Shown here in pieces: positions 29,403-39,585 of a stretch of DNA of 64,000 bases (within the stretch, counting starts at the first letter, position 1; every line of letters begins with the position of its first letter). This DNA is from a virus (taxonomy: Duplodnaviria; Caudoviricetes), in IMG/VR virus record IMGVR_UViG_3300006169_000009, positions 1-64,000 of that record. One strand, written 5' to 3'. Under the pieces are notes generated by a model. It had not been told where the DNA came from and made no database searches. It worked only from the letters and a program-made list of their open reading frames with translations. The position numbers were made by a program, and so were the translations under genes.

Positions 29403-30463
29403 CCGAGAGGAACACCTCCTCCTGGGTTAGGTCCAGGGTTGATCGGCACGCCGCCCGGCCTGGACGGAGGAGCACCTCCGTTTGGGTCGTTTGGGCGTCC
29501 TCCACCGCCACCGCCGGGGTTGTTCGGACTGTCTCCACCTGGCTTACCGTTCGGGTCGGTGTTGCGCAACTTACCTCGGCCTACCCGCTTGTCCATGTTC
29601 TCGTGCGGGTCGGCGTCCAGGCTGAATGACAGGTTGATCACGGCTCGCTGCGGAACCATGTGACGGCTCCAGTGGGTGTACTGGACGTTGAAACCAGACG
29701 GACGTCCGTAGTAGCGCAACTTGTCCCCGATGTAGAGATAGGAGGGGACCGGGAACATGTACGAGTTCGGGAACACCGAGGACCATACATGACGGTCAGC
29801 CGTACGACGAGCCCCTCCACCACCGGGTCCTTCAGGGATGGAGCCCGGGAACGTCATACCGCTTCCGGCTCCTCCTCTGTTCATCCCGCCTCCGGCTGGG
29901 TCCTGCTCAACTTCGGTACGGATGATGCCCAGGTAGATGTAGAACGCCATCACGTCCACGTAGACACCGAAGCGCCCAGCCAGCGTGTTCTCCTTGGACC
30001 CATCCCACAACTCGTAGGTGCGGTCGAATAGCAGGCCAACGTCTAGGCCTCCGAAGCCGTACATCGCACCAGGCCCAGTGGTAGGGCTGGCCTCGGGTGC
30101 AGCGGTCAGGCTGTACCCCATCTGAAGGGCATGGTTGACGTTGACGGTCTGCGGGTTGTACATGAAGTTGACCCGGTGACGCAACTTGGTGTCCGGGTGC
30201 TCCTCGGCCATCACCATCCATCCGCGCTCGACGTGTCCGAACAATGGACCACCGATGTTGCGCATGCGAGGATCGAAGGGAGGGTTCAGCAGACGGTTGA
30301 CACTGCCTCCAGGGCTCTTCCTGCGGTCCCCTGTGCTGTTCTTCCGGCCCTTGTGCGGAGCCCCGTTATTGCGTCGGTTACGGTCGGAGTCGTTCTGGTT
30401 ACGCCGACGGTTGCGCTCTTCGTTGCGCTGACGGTTTCGCTCCGCCCAGTTTGTAACAGGCAT
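29399..30463 (-). CDS. tube initiator / CIS tube-like protein
   Basis: FMYNPQT, LLFDRTYE, VQYTHW..MVPQRAVINL. Confidence 0.7.
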   Translation of the reverse strand: MPVTNWAERNRQRNEERNRRRNQNDSDRNRRNNGAPHKGRKNSTGDRRKSPGGSVNRLLNPPFDPRMRNIGGPLFGHVERGWMVMAEEHPDTKLRHRVNFMYNPQTVNVNHALQMGYSLTAAPEASPTTGPGAMYGFGGLDVGLLFDRTYELWDGSKENTLAGRFGVYVDVMAFYIYLGIIRTEVEQDPAGGGMNRGGAGSGMTFPGSIPEGPGGGGARRTADRHVWSSVFPNSYMFPVPSYLYIGDKLRYYGRPSGFNVQYTHWSRHMVPQRAVINLSFSLDADPHENMDKRVGRGKLRNTDPNGKPGGDSPNNPGGGGGGRPNDPNGGAPPSRPGGVPINPGPNPGGGVPLG

Positions 30464-33400
30464 CAGAAGTTCACCAACTGCTTGATCCGCTTGTCTTCTA
30501 CGATGGCATCCACGATCTGCTCGCCCGCCACCTTTGCCTCAGAGGAGGACCCATTAGCCAGTTCGACCTTGATGGCCCCCTCATGGAACTCGATCTTAGC
30601 CTCGTTGCCCCGGTTTCCGGTGATGAGGTTAGCCCCGTACGGCTGGTTGTGCATCATCACTTCGCGGATCTGGCGGGCCTTGATCGCATCCACGATCATC
30701 TCACCCTTGTGGACCCGAGTGTCTTCGTCCTCATTGATCTCCCAGGCTCCACGCTCGTAGCCGTCACCGGCACGGAACGCGGCCTTCCACGAGCCGTAGC
30801 GCTTGCGCGCATAGTTCAGCCCGGCATAGATGTTGGCGATGGGGTCGACCGACACACCGTACTTCTTTGGACCACGTCCTCGGTACGGCCCCGCGTAGGC
30901 GTTGAACGTCCCTCGGATGACCTGCATCAGGCCAACCGACGGGTGTCCTGCCTGCCAGTTGGAGTCCCACTTGTTGACGATGTTCGGGTTACCGCCGGAC
31001 TCGTTCTTCATCTGGCGCATGATCAGGTCGACCAGGCCCTTGTCAGGGTTCTTGTTCCCCAACTGACCCATGACTCCCAGTACCTCATCACGCCACTGTC
31101 CGACTCCTGCGCCTGGCCGGTACTTCTCAGCCTTCAGGTCACCGCCACCAGGACCACAGTCAGCATCCGACTTGCCTCCTCCGCCACCGCCCTTGACCAG
31201 GCCGTTGACCTTGCCGGAGGAGTCGAAAGAGACGTGGACGTGGTCCATGTGGTTCGCGGTCGGAGATCCCCGGTCTTCCATGCGCCGCCAGTGCTTGTCC
31301 CCGGAGTTCGTGTTCCAGATCCGCTGCTTCCAGATGACGTACTTGACGTCGAGCAACTTCTGCTTGGCGATGGCTTCCTGGGCCAACTGGTCGCCCTTGC
31401 TGCCACGAACCATGAAGTCCAGCGCGTGACCGCTGGGGTGGTCGGAGGCGTTTGAGCGCTGACCGACACCACCGATGGTCTTGATTCCGTACTTGTTCCC
31501 CAGATAGGCTGCGGCCTCAGCCACCCACGGCTTTACCCCACCGAGGTTGTACTTGCGGTTGCCGACCACTGTCTCACAGCCGCCTCCGCCTCCGCCGGAT
31601 TCCTCCTTGGTCGTGGTCTCGGTACCCGAAGAGGTTCCACCGGCCAGGGCGGCTGCCACGATCTCAGCCTCTGAGGTCGAGTACCCGATGCCTCCCGCGC
31701 TACCGGCTCCGGTGTCCGAGGACGAGGACGAACCGCCCCCACCGGACGTGCTCGGTGCGTTGCTGGAGCCTCCGCCCGCATCATTGATGTCGATGGCCTT
31801 GCCGCGCAGATATGGCAGTGGGTCGACGGCCCGACCGTTGATGATGACTTCGAAGTGGACGTGCGGGCCGGTGACGTTTCCGGTGGCACCAGAGTGTGCG
31901 ATGACCTCGCCCTGGCGCACGTGAGCGCCCTTGCGTGCCTTCAGGCGGCTGTTGTGGGCATATCGGGTCTGGATACCGTTGCCGTGGTTGATGATGATCT
32001 GGTTGCCGTACGCGGAGTGCGATCCAGCCGTGGTCACTGTTCCAGAAGCCGCAGCCTTGACCGGCGTACCGGAGCCTACTCCGATGTCCAGACCGGTGTG
32101 AGATCCAGACGACCAGCGTCCCCCAGCCTGGCCGAACTTCGCAGTGATCGGTCCACGGCATGGCCACGCCAGCCTACCTCGTGCCTTGCCCTTGCCCTTG
32201 CCCCGGCCCTTGTTTCCCTGTCCGGCGTGACCACTGCTCTGCTGCTGCTGAGTCACACCGCGAGGACCACCGAAGTCGGAGTCGGTAGACGACGGCATTC
32301 CGGTGTCCATGAGACCGCCGTCAATGCCGGAGGTTCCTGCGCTAGGAGACCCTGCACGCCCTCCGCTGAGATCGCTCATGGCAGTAGACAAGGACTGGGC
32401 TGATCCGCTACCGTCGGATACCGGAAGAGAGGCACCACTATCCATACCCATAGCGCCCATCGAGGAGCCCGCCATGCCGTAGGACCCGGTCGTAGCCCCC
32501 ATCGTCATTCGCTGGTCGTGAGTACCGCCGATGCCCAGCATGCCGCCGACGGTCTTCAGGATGCCCAGGCCGCCACCGGTAATGCCCAGCAAGGAGCCGA
32601 TCTTGCTCTTCTCGTTGAAGCCCTTGCCGAACCCGAGGATGTCGGTCAGCCAGTCAGGCATCGCTCCTTCCAGCGTCTTGCGGAAGTTGGTCATGGCCTC
32701 GGTGCTGAGACGCAGTCCCTGCTCGAAGTTGTCCAACTGCTTGATCGCACCCTGGCGACCGGCTGCAGCCTCTTCACGCTCCTCCTGCGACAGCGAGCCA
32801 CCGACACCGGCACGCTGCTTCAGGATCCTGGCCGCAGCCTCTCCGCGCTCTCCCCCCTGGGCGCGCTGACGCATCAACTGGTCGTAGCGCTTGAAACTCA
32901 TGTTGCCCTTGACCCGCGCCATGAGGATCCCTCGGATCTCACTCATCACCACGGGGTAGGCCTCAGCAGGCATGGCTCCGCTCTGGACCCACGACTGCAG
33001 CGTGAACGACAGGTTGCTGTTCTGGCTCAGTTCAGCAGTGACCTGCTCCATCGTCTTGATGTCCTGAGAGCCAGGGATGGAGGCCAGGATCTGCTGCGCG
33101 ATCTGGCGTGGGTCTCTGGCCTGTCCCTGAGGTCCCAGCGTCTGGATGCCCATCGAACGCATCGCGTTGAACGTGGAAGCACTGCTAAGCCCCTGCGCAC
33201 CCTTCAGCGACTGCATGTTGGACATGGTCGGGTTCACAAACGAGGTGCCAGTGATCCCCTGCAACTGCTGGGAGAACCCTCGGGTACCGGGGGTGTAGAT
33301 GCTGGTTCCGGCCAGGCCAGCGACTACCCCCATCATGTCCGCACTGCTGTGCGCTGTGGTGTTGCGCCCGTACAGGTCCAGCATCGTTCTCTCAGAGAAC

Positions 33401-33855
33401 GGACGTCCGGTGTAGTACGAAGAGGTCATCGAGGAGGCTCGCGCCATAGCCGGAGTGTCCGGGTTGGCTACGGTGCGGGCGATACTGCCCGCTGTATAGG
33501 CTGCACCGGCTGCTGCGAGCGTTCCAGCGACCATGCCGCCTGTCGGGTACCCAGCAGCCAGTCCGGCCCTGTGAGCCCCTCCAGAGCCGCCTCCGATGAC
33601 AGTAGGAGGTCCGGCAGCCCGGTGGCTGGTTACGCCGCCGTTGGGGACGCCAGGAGCCTGTCCAGAGGAGGAGGTACCGCTGCTGCCACCATACGCAGGG
33701 GCTGCGCCGACCAACTTGTCGACAGCGGCTACCAACTTCGAGACAGAGGCATCCAGGCGCGTGACGGTACGCTCAGTGGCGTCCAGCGACCGCTGGACGT
33801 TGTTGTCTCCGAATACCGACCCTCCGGTGCCGGAGAGTGCGTCTTCCTCAGCCAT
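30463..33855 (-). CDS. tape measure protein with M23 peptidase, M15-like peptidase and lytic transglycosylase domains
   Basis: HTGLD..YAHN..GPHVHFE; DHPSGHALDF..HMDHVHVSF; ESGGNP..GLMQVI. Confidence 0.88.
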   Translation of the reverse strand: MAEEDALSGTGGSVFGDNNVQRSLDATERTVTRLDASVSKLVAAVDKLVGAAPAYGGSSGTSSSGQAPGVPNGGVTSHRAAGPPTVIGGGSGGAHRAGLAAGYPTGGMVAGTLAAAGAAYTAGSIARTVANPDTPAMARASSMTSSYYTGRPFSERTMLDLYGRNTTAHSSADMMGVVAGLAGTSIYTPGTRGFSQQLQGITGTSFVNPTMSNMQSLKGAQGLSSASTFNAMRSMGIQTLGPQGQARDPRQIAQQILASIPGSQDIKTMEQVTAELSQNSNLSFTLQSWVQSGAMPAEAYPVVMSEIRGILMARVKGNMSFKRYDQLMRQRAQGGERGEAAARILKQRAGVGGSLSQEEREEAAAGRQGAIKQLDNFEQGLRLSTEAMTNFRKTLEGAMPDWLTDILGFGKGFNEKSKIGSLLGITGGGLGILKTVGGMLGIGGTHDQRMTMGATTGSYGMAGSSMGAMGMDSGASLPVSDGSGSAQSLSTAMSDLSGGRAGSPSAGTSGIDGGLMDTGMPSSTDSDFGGPRGVTQQQQSSGHAGQGNKGRGKGKGKARGRLAWPCRGPITAKFGQAGGRWSSGSHTGLDIGVGSGTPVKAAASGTVTTAGSHSAYGNQIIINHGNGIQTRYAHNSRLKARKGAHVRQGEVIAHSGATGNVTGPHVHFEVIINGRAVDPLPYLRGKAIDINDAGGGSSNAPSTSGGGGSSSSSDTGAGSAGGIGYSTSEAEIVAAALAGGTSSGTETTTKEESGGGGGGCETVVGNRKYNLGGVKPWVAEAAAYLGNKYGIKTIGGVGQRSNASDHPSGHALDFMVRGSKGDQLAQEAIAKQKLLDVKYVIWKQRIWNTNSGDKHWRRMEDRGSPTANHMDHVHVSFDSSGKVNGLVKGGGGGGKSDADCGPGGGDLKAEKYRPGAGVGQWRDEVLGVMGQLGNKNPDKGLVDLIMRQMKNESGGNPNIVNKWDSNWQAGHPSVGLMQVIRGTFNAYAGPYRGRGPKKYGVSVDPIANIYAGLNYARKRYGSWKAAFRAGDGYERGAWEINEDEDTRVHKGEMIVDAIKARQIREVMMHNQPYGANLITGNRGNEAKIEFHEGAIKVELANGSSSEAKVAGEQIVDAIVEDKRIKQLVNF

Positions 33856-34018
33856 GTGGCCCCTGGTTCCTCAGCGACTCGATCCATCTAGTCCGGGCGA
33901 GTTGGTACTTGCGCTCACGGACGGTGAACCGGCTGATGCTACTTGGGGTCCAAGCCGGATGTAGGTCGGTTAGTTGGTCGATTTCGTAGTACGTGTTGCG
34001 AATGTTACATACCTGGAA
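33848..34018 (-). CDS. frameshifted C-terminal extension of the tail assembly chaperone (GT-like)
   Basis: 56-codon +1 frame with no ATG/GTG/TTG start; YYEIDQLTDLHPAWTPSSISRFTVRERK resembles chaperone second segments. Confidence 0.65.
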   Translation of the reverse strand, partial: FQVCNIRNTYYEIDQLTDLHPAWTPSSISRFTVRERKYQLARTRWIESLRNQGPHG

Positions 34019-34925
34019 ACAAGGACATCAGGTTCACGGGAACCAATGTCTTGTACCCACAGTGATGTTCGAACTCCACACCAGTGTACTGGTGGCCGGG
34101 GATCCGCTTGTTGATCTCGCGGATCAGCGTACGTCTGTCTCCCACCGACAGGCCCTTGATCAGGCTCGGGAATCCGGCGGTGTTCTGCTCGTTGCCCTTG
34201 GCGTCCACCAGGCGTACGACGACCTTGGCCAGGAGCATGGAGTTGCTCTCCGGGTTGGTCGTCATCTCGGTCTCCGCCTCCATGATCTCGACCTGATCGG
34301 CGTGGGTCGGGATGCGAGCGATGGCCTTGCCGCCCTTGCGCAGCGGCACCTCGAAGTACTCGCCCTCCCTGGCCGCGTCATGTCCGGTCTGGGTCGGCAG
34401 TTCACTGACGTTGACCATGAGGTCGTAGACCTCTGCGCACTGGTCACACTTGAAGGTCCCGTACTCGATCTCCGGGCCGAAGGTGGCTGTGCGAATCCCC
34501 ACCATGATGGTGTTTACGTCCCCGACCCCCAGTTGATCGCGGATCTCCTTGGTGGCCTTCTCGCCTCCCACCGATACCAGACCGCGCTCCACCAGCACCT
34601 CCAGGAAGCGCCCGGAGACGTTCTCAGCGCCCTGCTGGACGCGTGCCAGGGCCTCCTCGTCATCCCCGTTGAGTTCGCGCACGGTGGCCGTCTTGACCCA
34701 GCGGTCCCCGATCTTCAGGCCACCGAGGAGGTTGACGTGGTCGTCGGGAGGTAGATCACGCTGCGGAGCCTGAGGAGTCTGCTCCGCCAGCATCTGGTTG
34801 ATCTCGACGTTCTGCGCCTCTGACGTCACCGGGGTGTAGTGGGCGTCGTCTCCACCGCCACCAAAGTCGATGGGGGCGAGATCCGCGTCAGTGAGAGGGG
34901 GTCGCTCGTCCGGCGTCTCAGTCAT
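34005..34925 (-). CDS. tail assembly chaperone / T4 gp26-like hub assembly protein
   Basis: VRELNGDDEE, IRTATFG, CDQC..HHCG; between tube and tape measure genes. Confidence 0.8.
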   Translation of the reverse strand: MTETPDERPPLTDADLAPIDFGGGGDDAHYTPVTSEAQNVEINQMLAEQTPQAPQRDLPPDDHVNLLGGLKIGDRWVKTATVRELNGDDEEALARVQQGAENVSGRFLEVLVERGLVSVGGEKATKEIRDQLGVGDVNTIMVGIRTATFGPEIEYGTFKCDQCAEVYDLMVNVSELPTQTGHDAAREGEYFEVPLRKGGKAIARIPTHADQVEIMEAETEMTTNPESNSMLLAKVVVRLVDAKGNEQNTAGFPSLIKGLSVGDRRTLIREINKRIPGHQYTGVEFEHHCGYKTLVPVNLMSLFPGM

Positions 34926-34970
34926 GTCGTGTCCCAGGTAGTGTGCGAGTCGTGCTGTGCTGCGTCTAGG

Positions 34971-35519
34971 TTAGCCGTTGAACCCCACGGAGTCGTTCGG
35001 GCCGATGTTGTTGGCCAGCCGGTTGGCGAAGCCCTCGTGGGCCAGCGTCATCTGCTGGATGATGATCGCGTTCGCGCCCGCGTCCAGGTCGGAGAAGGCC
35101 ACGGAGGTCGGCCAGGCGTTGTACACGCGGAAGGCCGCCTTGACCGGCACCCGACCCTGGGTCACAGGGTGTGCGAGCACCTTGATGGTCATCTGCGAGC
35201 GGAAGTTCTCTCCCGCACGCCCCGTGCCGTCTCCCTGGACCACGGCGAACAACTGACGCATCCACCGCATCATGGCGTGGTCTCCGACGGCCAGGCCCTT
35301 GGTCAGGGTCACAGGCGCGAAGTCGGACTGACCCGGCATCTTCTGGGTGGTCGTGTTCATGCCACCCTCGCGGTAGGGGATGACCTCGGTCGTGATGTTG
35401 AGGCCGGACACAGACATGAAGCCCATGTTCGCGAACCCGATGCCCGGCTTGTGGACGTTCACCAGGAACTTGAAGTTCCGCAGCGGGTCCGTCTTCAGGT
35501 GGGCAATGGAGGTAGGCAT
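34971..35519 (-). CDS. tail tube protein (T4 gp19-like)
   Basis: DPLRNFKF, YREGG, KMPG, VTLTKG, NAWPT, LAHEG. Confidence 0.93.
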   Translation of the reverse strand: MPTSIAHLKTDPLRNFKFLVNVHKPGIGFANMGFMSVSGLNITTEVIPYREGGMNTTTQKMPGQSDFAPVTLTKGLAVGDHAMMRWMRQLFAVVQGDGTGRAGENFRSQMTIKVLAHPVTQGRVPVKAAFRVYNAWPTSVAFSDLDAGANAIIIQQMTLAHEGFANRLANNIGPNDSVGFNG

Positions 35520-37102
35520 CAGAGGATCTCCTCGGTCGTCTCTTCCTCGACTGCGGCCTCGCCGGAGTCGAACTGCCCGATGCGGATGATGATGAACTCT
35601 GCCGGGCTGGACAGAGCCACGCCGACCTCTACCTTCACCACGCCCGCGTTCACGTTGTCGGTCGTGTTGATCTCGGAGTCGCACTTGACGAAGAAGGCCT
35701 CAGCCTCGTTCGAGCCCGCCAGGACACCCTCCTGGAACAACTCCTGGAGGTACTGGCCGACCACTGCCTCGATGTCCTCCCACAGGGCCGCGTTGTTCGG
35801 CTCGAACACGGCGAAGCGGGTGACATTGACCAGCGCCCGCTTGATGTACATCAGCGAGCGGCGGATGTTCACGTAGCGGTCGGGGGTGCGGATCGCGAGG
35901 GTGCGGGCACCCATGATGCAGAACCCGGCTCCCGGCACTGCGCGGATGACGTTGACGCCCGCTGGGTTCAGCGAGTCCAACTGTGCGTCGGTGAAGCGAG
36001 CCCGCGTCTCCAGGACACCCTTCAGGCTGGTTCCGACACCCGCAGGTGCCTTGGACACCGAACGGGTGGTGTCGGTGTAGGCGTACTGTCCCAGGACAGA
36101 GCCTCCAGGAGCCACCTCACGCATCGCCCCGGCCACGGCGGACCCAGGGTCGTTGATGTAGAGCCACGGCCCGTAGACGGCGACGTAGGAGGTCGCGGGG
36201 AGCCCGCCCGCGTGGGTGAGCAGGTCGGCGGCGATCTCAGCGGCGTCATCGGCGGCTGCGGCCTTGGGCGGGTCTACCACCACGAAGACGTTGTTGCGAG
36301 CGGCTGCCCAGTTCGCCACGTCGGTCAGGACCGTTGGGTCAGACACGCCCGGCAGGTTGACGTTGAGGTTGGCGTCGACCGTGTCCAGACGCTCGACCGC
36401 GTCCATCAGTACCGGGCTGCCGGTGCCCTCGGTACCGCCTGCCAGCGGGGTCTTGTTCTGGGCCGCCGGGACTCCGGCGTCGGTCGTGTTGTTGACGGCG
36501 GTGACAGTGCTGGAGATGGACACGTACTTGGATCCGGCGGTCGGAGAGTTGACGATGTCCAGGGCATAGCGACCGTTCGGGTCGGAGGGGTCCAGGGACA
36601 GGTCGATGAACTGCTCACGAGCCTGCATGGTCAGCCCGGAGCCGACCTCGACCATGAGGTCGAAGCGTCCGGCGTCCAGGCCGGAACCGTTCGGGGAGGT
36701 GACCGAAACGAAGATCCGGCTCTTGCTTGCGGCATCGGATGCCCAGGAGCCGGGAGACTTGGCGGTCAGCGTGAAGGCCGCTGCCGGAGTGCCCTGCTGG
36801 TCGTTGACGGTCAGCGAGGCGGGGGTCGCATCTGCGTTGACTGCACGTACGACGTACGCCGCAGATCCACCGTTGTTGAAGTAGGTGTAGACCCCGTAAG
36901 CGAGGTCTGAGCGGTTGCTGCGGATGTCACCGAAGAGGGACTGGAAGTGAGACCAGGAGCCGACCAGAGTCGGGCCAACGGGTCCACCCTTGGGAGACGC
37001 TCCCACGAACGCCGCGACGGAGTCGCTGTCACCCAGCGCAGGGTCCGTCAGCGGCTGCAAGGTCTCTTCGAGGAAGACCCCAGGACGCTGGTACGTTGCC
37101 AT
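35519..37102 (-). CDS. contractile tail sheath
   Basis: YQRPGVFLEE, VSKAPAG, GARTL, VFEPN, PAEFIIIRI. Confidence 0.95.
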   Translation of the reverse strand: MATYQRPGVFLEETLQPLTDPALGDSDSVAAFVGASPKGGPVGPTLVGSWSHFQSLFGDIRSNRSDLAYGVYTYFNNGGSAAYVVRAVNADATPASLTVNDQQGTPAAAFTLTAKSPGSWASDAASKSRIFVSVTSPNGSGLDAGRFDLMVEVGSGLTMQAREQFIDLSLDPSDPNGRYALDIVNSPTAGSKYVSISSTVTAVNNTTDAGVPAAQNKTPLAGGTEGTGSPVLMDAVERLDTVDANLNVNLPGVSDPTVLTDVANWAAARNNVFVVVDPPKAAAADDAAEIAADLLTHAGGLPATSYVAVYGPWLYINDPGSAVAGAMREVAPGGSVLGQYAYTDTTRSVSKAPAGVGTSLKGVLETRARFTDAQLDSLNPAGVNVIRAVPGAGFCIMGARTLAIRTPDRYVNIRRSLMYIKRALVNVTRFAVFEPNNAALWEDIEAVVGQYLQELFQEGVLAGSNEAEAFFVKCDSEINTTDNVNAGVVKVEVGVALSSPAEFIIIRIGQFDSGEAAVEEETTEEIL

Positions 37103-37156
37103 TCTGTCTCCTATGCAGGAACGTTCAATTCAGGCTACCATCGGGCGGCCTTTGCA

Positions 37157-37834
37157 TTACCCCTGCTTGGGCAGTGCATAGAGGTCGATGTCGACCGTCT
37201 CGACGTACTTGTGGATCTGGGTAGTAGCGTAGACGTCGAGTTCAGCGGCCACTCTTACAGCATATGCGGCCCGGAACAGCCGCTTCCCATCGTTGTCCCG
37301 AGAAGCCTCCAGCATGACCGGCCCTCCCAGCAGGTCCAGGGAGCGCACGGTGGCATCCTCCTCGACCTCCAGGTACCCGAACCTCTCCGGCAACCGGTTC
37401 ACGATGGCCAGTTGCCCGACCAGATCCACGAGGTGCTGCTGGTAACGCGCACGGATCTCGATCCGGTAGTCGATGTTGTACGGAATCGGGTGGTCCTGGA
37501 CATGCCAAGGACTGATCGTGGGGTCGAAGTCCACTGTCGGATCCCACTCGACCCAGTTGTGTTCGTGGTCGCGAACCATCAGCGGCTCGTCGTAGACCGC
37601 GCCCTCAGGGGTGTACGGCAGCACAGTGGGGCCACGATGCTCGCGCTCGGAGGCACGGCTCAGGCCCTGGTAGAAGATCAGGATCAGCGGGTAGGAGACA
37701 TCGGCCAGTTCGGTTTCGGGGGTGACGAAGCGTGACTCGACTACCCGGCCACCGGTCGGCTCGTTGGTGTCGTGGACCTTCATCCCCTGGACCTTCTTCT
37801 TGATGGCTCGGTCCTCGTTCAGCAAGAAGGGCAT
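37157..37834 (-). CDS. tail terminator/completion protein
   Basis: position upstream of the sheath; PIPYNIDYRI. Confidence 0.65.
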   Translation of the reverse strand: MPFLLNEDRAIKKKVQGMKVHDTNEPTGGRVVESRFVTPETELADVSYPLILIFYQGLSRASEREHRGPTVLPYTPEGAVYDEPLMVRDHEHNWVEWDPTVDFDPTISPWHVQDHPIPYNIDYRIEIRARYQQHLVDLVGQLAIVNRLPERFGYLEVEEDATVRSLDLLGGPVMLEASRDNDGKRLFRAAYAVRVAAELDVYATTQIHKYVETVDIDLYALPKQG

Positions 37835-38346
37835 CAGGCGCTCCACTGCTTGAACTGAGGATCGTTGACCATCTCGTCAGGCTTGACCTGGCTGCCCTCG
37901 ATGCTCACGACCACGTCACGTTGCTGCACCTGTCCCACGATGTGGATGTCCACCACGTGGTAGACGCGGGAGTTGTAGACCAGCCGGTCCTTCAGGTACC
38001 GGTCATGCTCGATGTCCATGCGAGTCAGGCCAGTGCGATTGACCTGCTCGAACGAGGCCGTGATGTAGATGTTGTCGTTGTAGTAGAAGCCGCCACCGGT
38101 ATCGGAGGTTCCACCCTCGTCCTGGGTGACGTGCAGTACCGGCAACTCCACCGGACCCTTGTACACCCGACCAGTACCAGAAGCCTCGTCGTAGACGTCG
38201 TGCATCCCCGAACCCTCGCGGTCGAATCGGTAGTACTCGACCTCGTCACCGGCCTCGGACTGCCAGCCACGCAGAGCCGCGTGCATCTGGTCGGTCTCAT
38301 GGTCGATGGTGAACCGGCCTCCGCCCTTCCAGTCCAGTCGGCTCAT
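37834..38346 (-). CDS. head closure/stopper protein
   Basis: synteny; KDRLVYNSRVYHV. Confidence 0.6.
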   Translation of the reverse strand: MSRLDWKGGGRFTIDHETDQMHAALRGWQSEAGDEVEYYRFDREGSGMHDVYDEASGTGRVYKGPVELPVLHVTQDEGGTSDTGGGFYYNDNIYITASFEQVNRTGLTRMDIEHDRYLKDRLVYNSRVYHVVDIHIVGQVQQRDVVVSIEGSQVKPDEMVNDPQFKQWSA

Positions 38347-39164
38347 CCGACATGTCCCTGGTACGTGGCCGGGCTAGGCGGCCCGTCCGGGTCCTCGTGG
38401 CGACCGTCGATAGGCGGAAGGATACGAGTCGGCAGGGTTGCGTCGTCGTACTCGCGGGCCTTGAACACCGGCACCAGACGGTTGGTCGTACGGCTGATCC
38501 GGCGCAGCGTGGAGACCTCGATGCGTCCCAGGCCGACGTTCAACTTGGTGCAGAGATCCTCGTACTTCTCGGTGAGCACGTCGATCTGAGCCCGCAACTG
38601 GGCGAAGCGCTGCGAGCGCGGGATGTGGGTGCCCTCAGAGGTGGTGACGTCGATGTCGGTGGAAGCGTCTGTGCTCAGCGCCCACAGTGCCTCGACCGTG
38701 GCCAGGATCGCCAGCGGGAGGTGCTCGACCTCGGGGAGGTTGTCCAGGCCGACCGGACGCTCCTCGTACTTGATGAAGCCCATGTCGTCGCGGTATCGAG
38801 TCTCGATGGTGCGCTCGTTGGTGTGCTGAGCGACTGCGTCGTGCAGGAAGTGGCCGATCTCGTAGTCGGTGAACAGGCCGTACGTCGTACCCTCCACGAT
38901 CAGCGTGGCACCATCGGGCAGCGGATCGTTCAGCCGTACGACTCCGGTGTCGGTGTCGACCGTGAAGTCGCTGTCAAGGACTAGGTCCGTAGTGGTTGCG
39001 CCATCGACGGTGAAGACCTTCAGATCCTTGGTCTCGACACGGGTGACCGGGAGGTCGAACTCGTCCTGGTTGCCGGTGCCCAGGTAGCCCTGACGAAACG
39101 GCTGCTTCTGGTCCCCCAGTTCCAGCCGGATTCGCTCGATCAGTGCTGCCTCGGTGACGGCCAT
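38343..39164 (-). CDS. head-tail adaptor
   Basis: IRLELGD..FTDYEI; synteny. Confidence 0.65.
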   Translation of the reverse strand: MAVTEAALIERIRLELGDQKQPFRQGYLGTGNQDEFDLPVTRVETKDLKVFTVDGATTTDLVLDSDFTVDTDTGVVRLNDPLPDGATLIVEGTTYGLFTDYEIGHFLHDAVAQHTNERTIETRYRDDMGFIKYEERPVGLDNLPEVEHLPLAILATVEALWALSTDASTDIDVTTSEGTHIPRSQRFAQLRAQIDVLTEKYEDLCTKLNVGLGRIEVSTLRRISRTTNRLVPVFKAREYDDATLPTRILPPIDGRHEDPDGPPSPATYQGHVG

Positions 39165-39175
39165 GGGGGACCTTC

Positions 39176-39571
39176 CTACTCGATCTTCAGAGCCCCCGCC
39201 GGTACGTGCCAGGGCTTGCCGCTCAGTGCGCCTACCGGCTCAGCCAGTTCCCACACATACAACAGCGTACCGCCCGTGCCCGAGGACGACGTGGTCAGGA
39301 AGGCGAACGAGGCCGGAGGCATGTCCGCTGTCACGGCTGGAGCGGTGATGGCTGCGGAGTTGACCTTCTGCACCGGCTCGGTAGTGCTGGCAGCGCTCCA
39401 GGTCACCGACTGGCGGGCGTAGCCGCCTGTGGTGATCTCCAGCGGCTGCACGGACGCCATGTTGATCTCGCCCACCTGAGGCATGCTCGTAGCCAGACCG
39501 AGGTACGTCGTACCCGTGCAGAGGTCATCGAGCAACTTGGTCTTCGCGGGGCGCGGGAGGAATCCAGCCAT
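39176..39571 (-). CDS. small structural protein (fibre-base-like)
   Basis: YLGL..GYARQSVTW motif. Confidence 0.65.
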   Translation of the reverse strand: MAGFLPRPAKTKLLDDLCTGTTYLGLATSMPQVGEINMASVQPLEITTGGYARQSVTWSAASTTEPVQKVNSAAITAPAVTADMPPASFAFLTTSSSGTGGTLLYVWELAEPVGALSGKPWHVPAGALKIE

Positions 39572-39585
39572 GGTCTCAGCCTACC

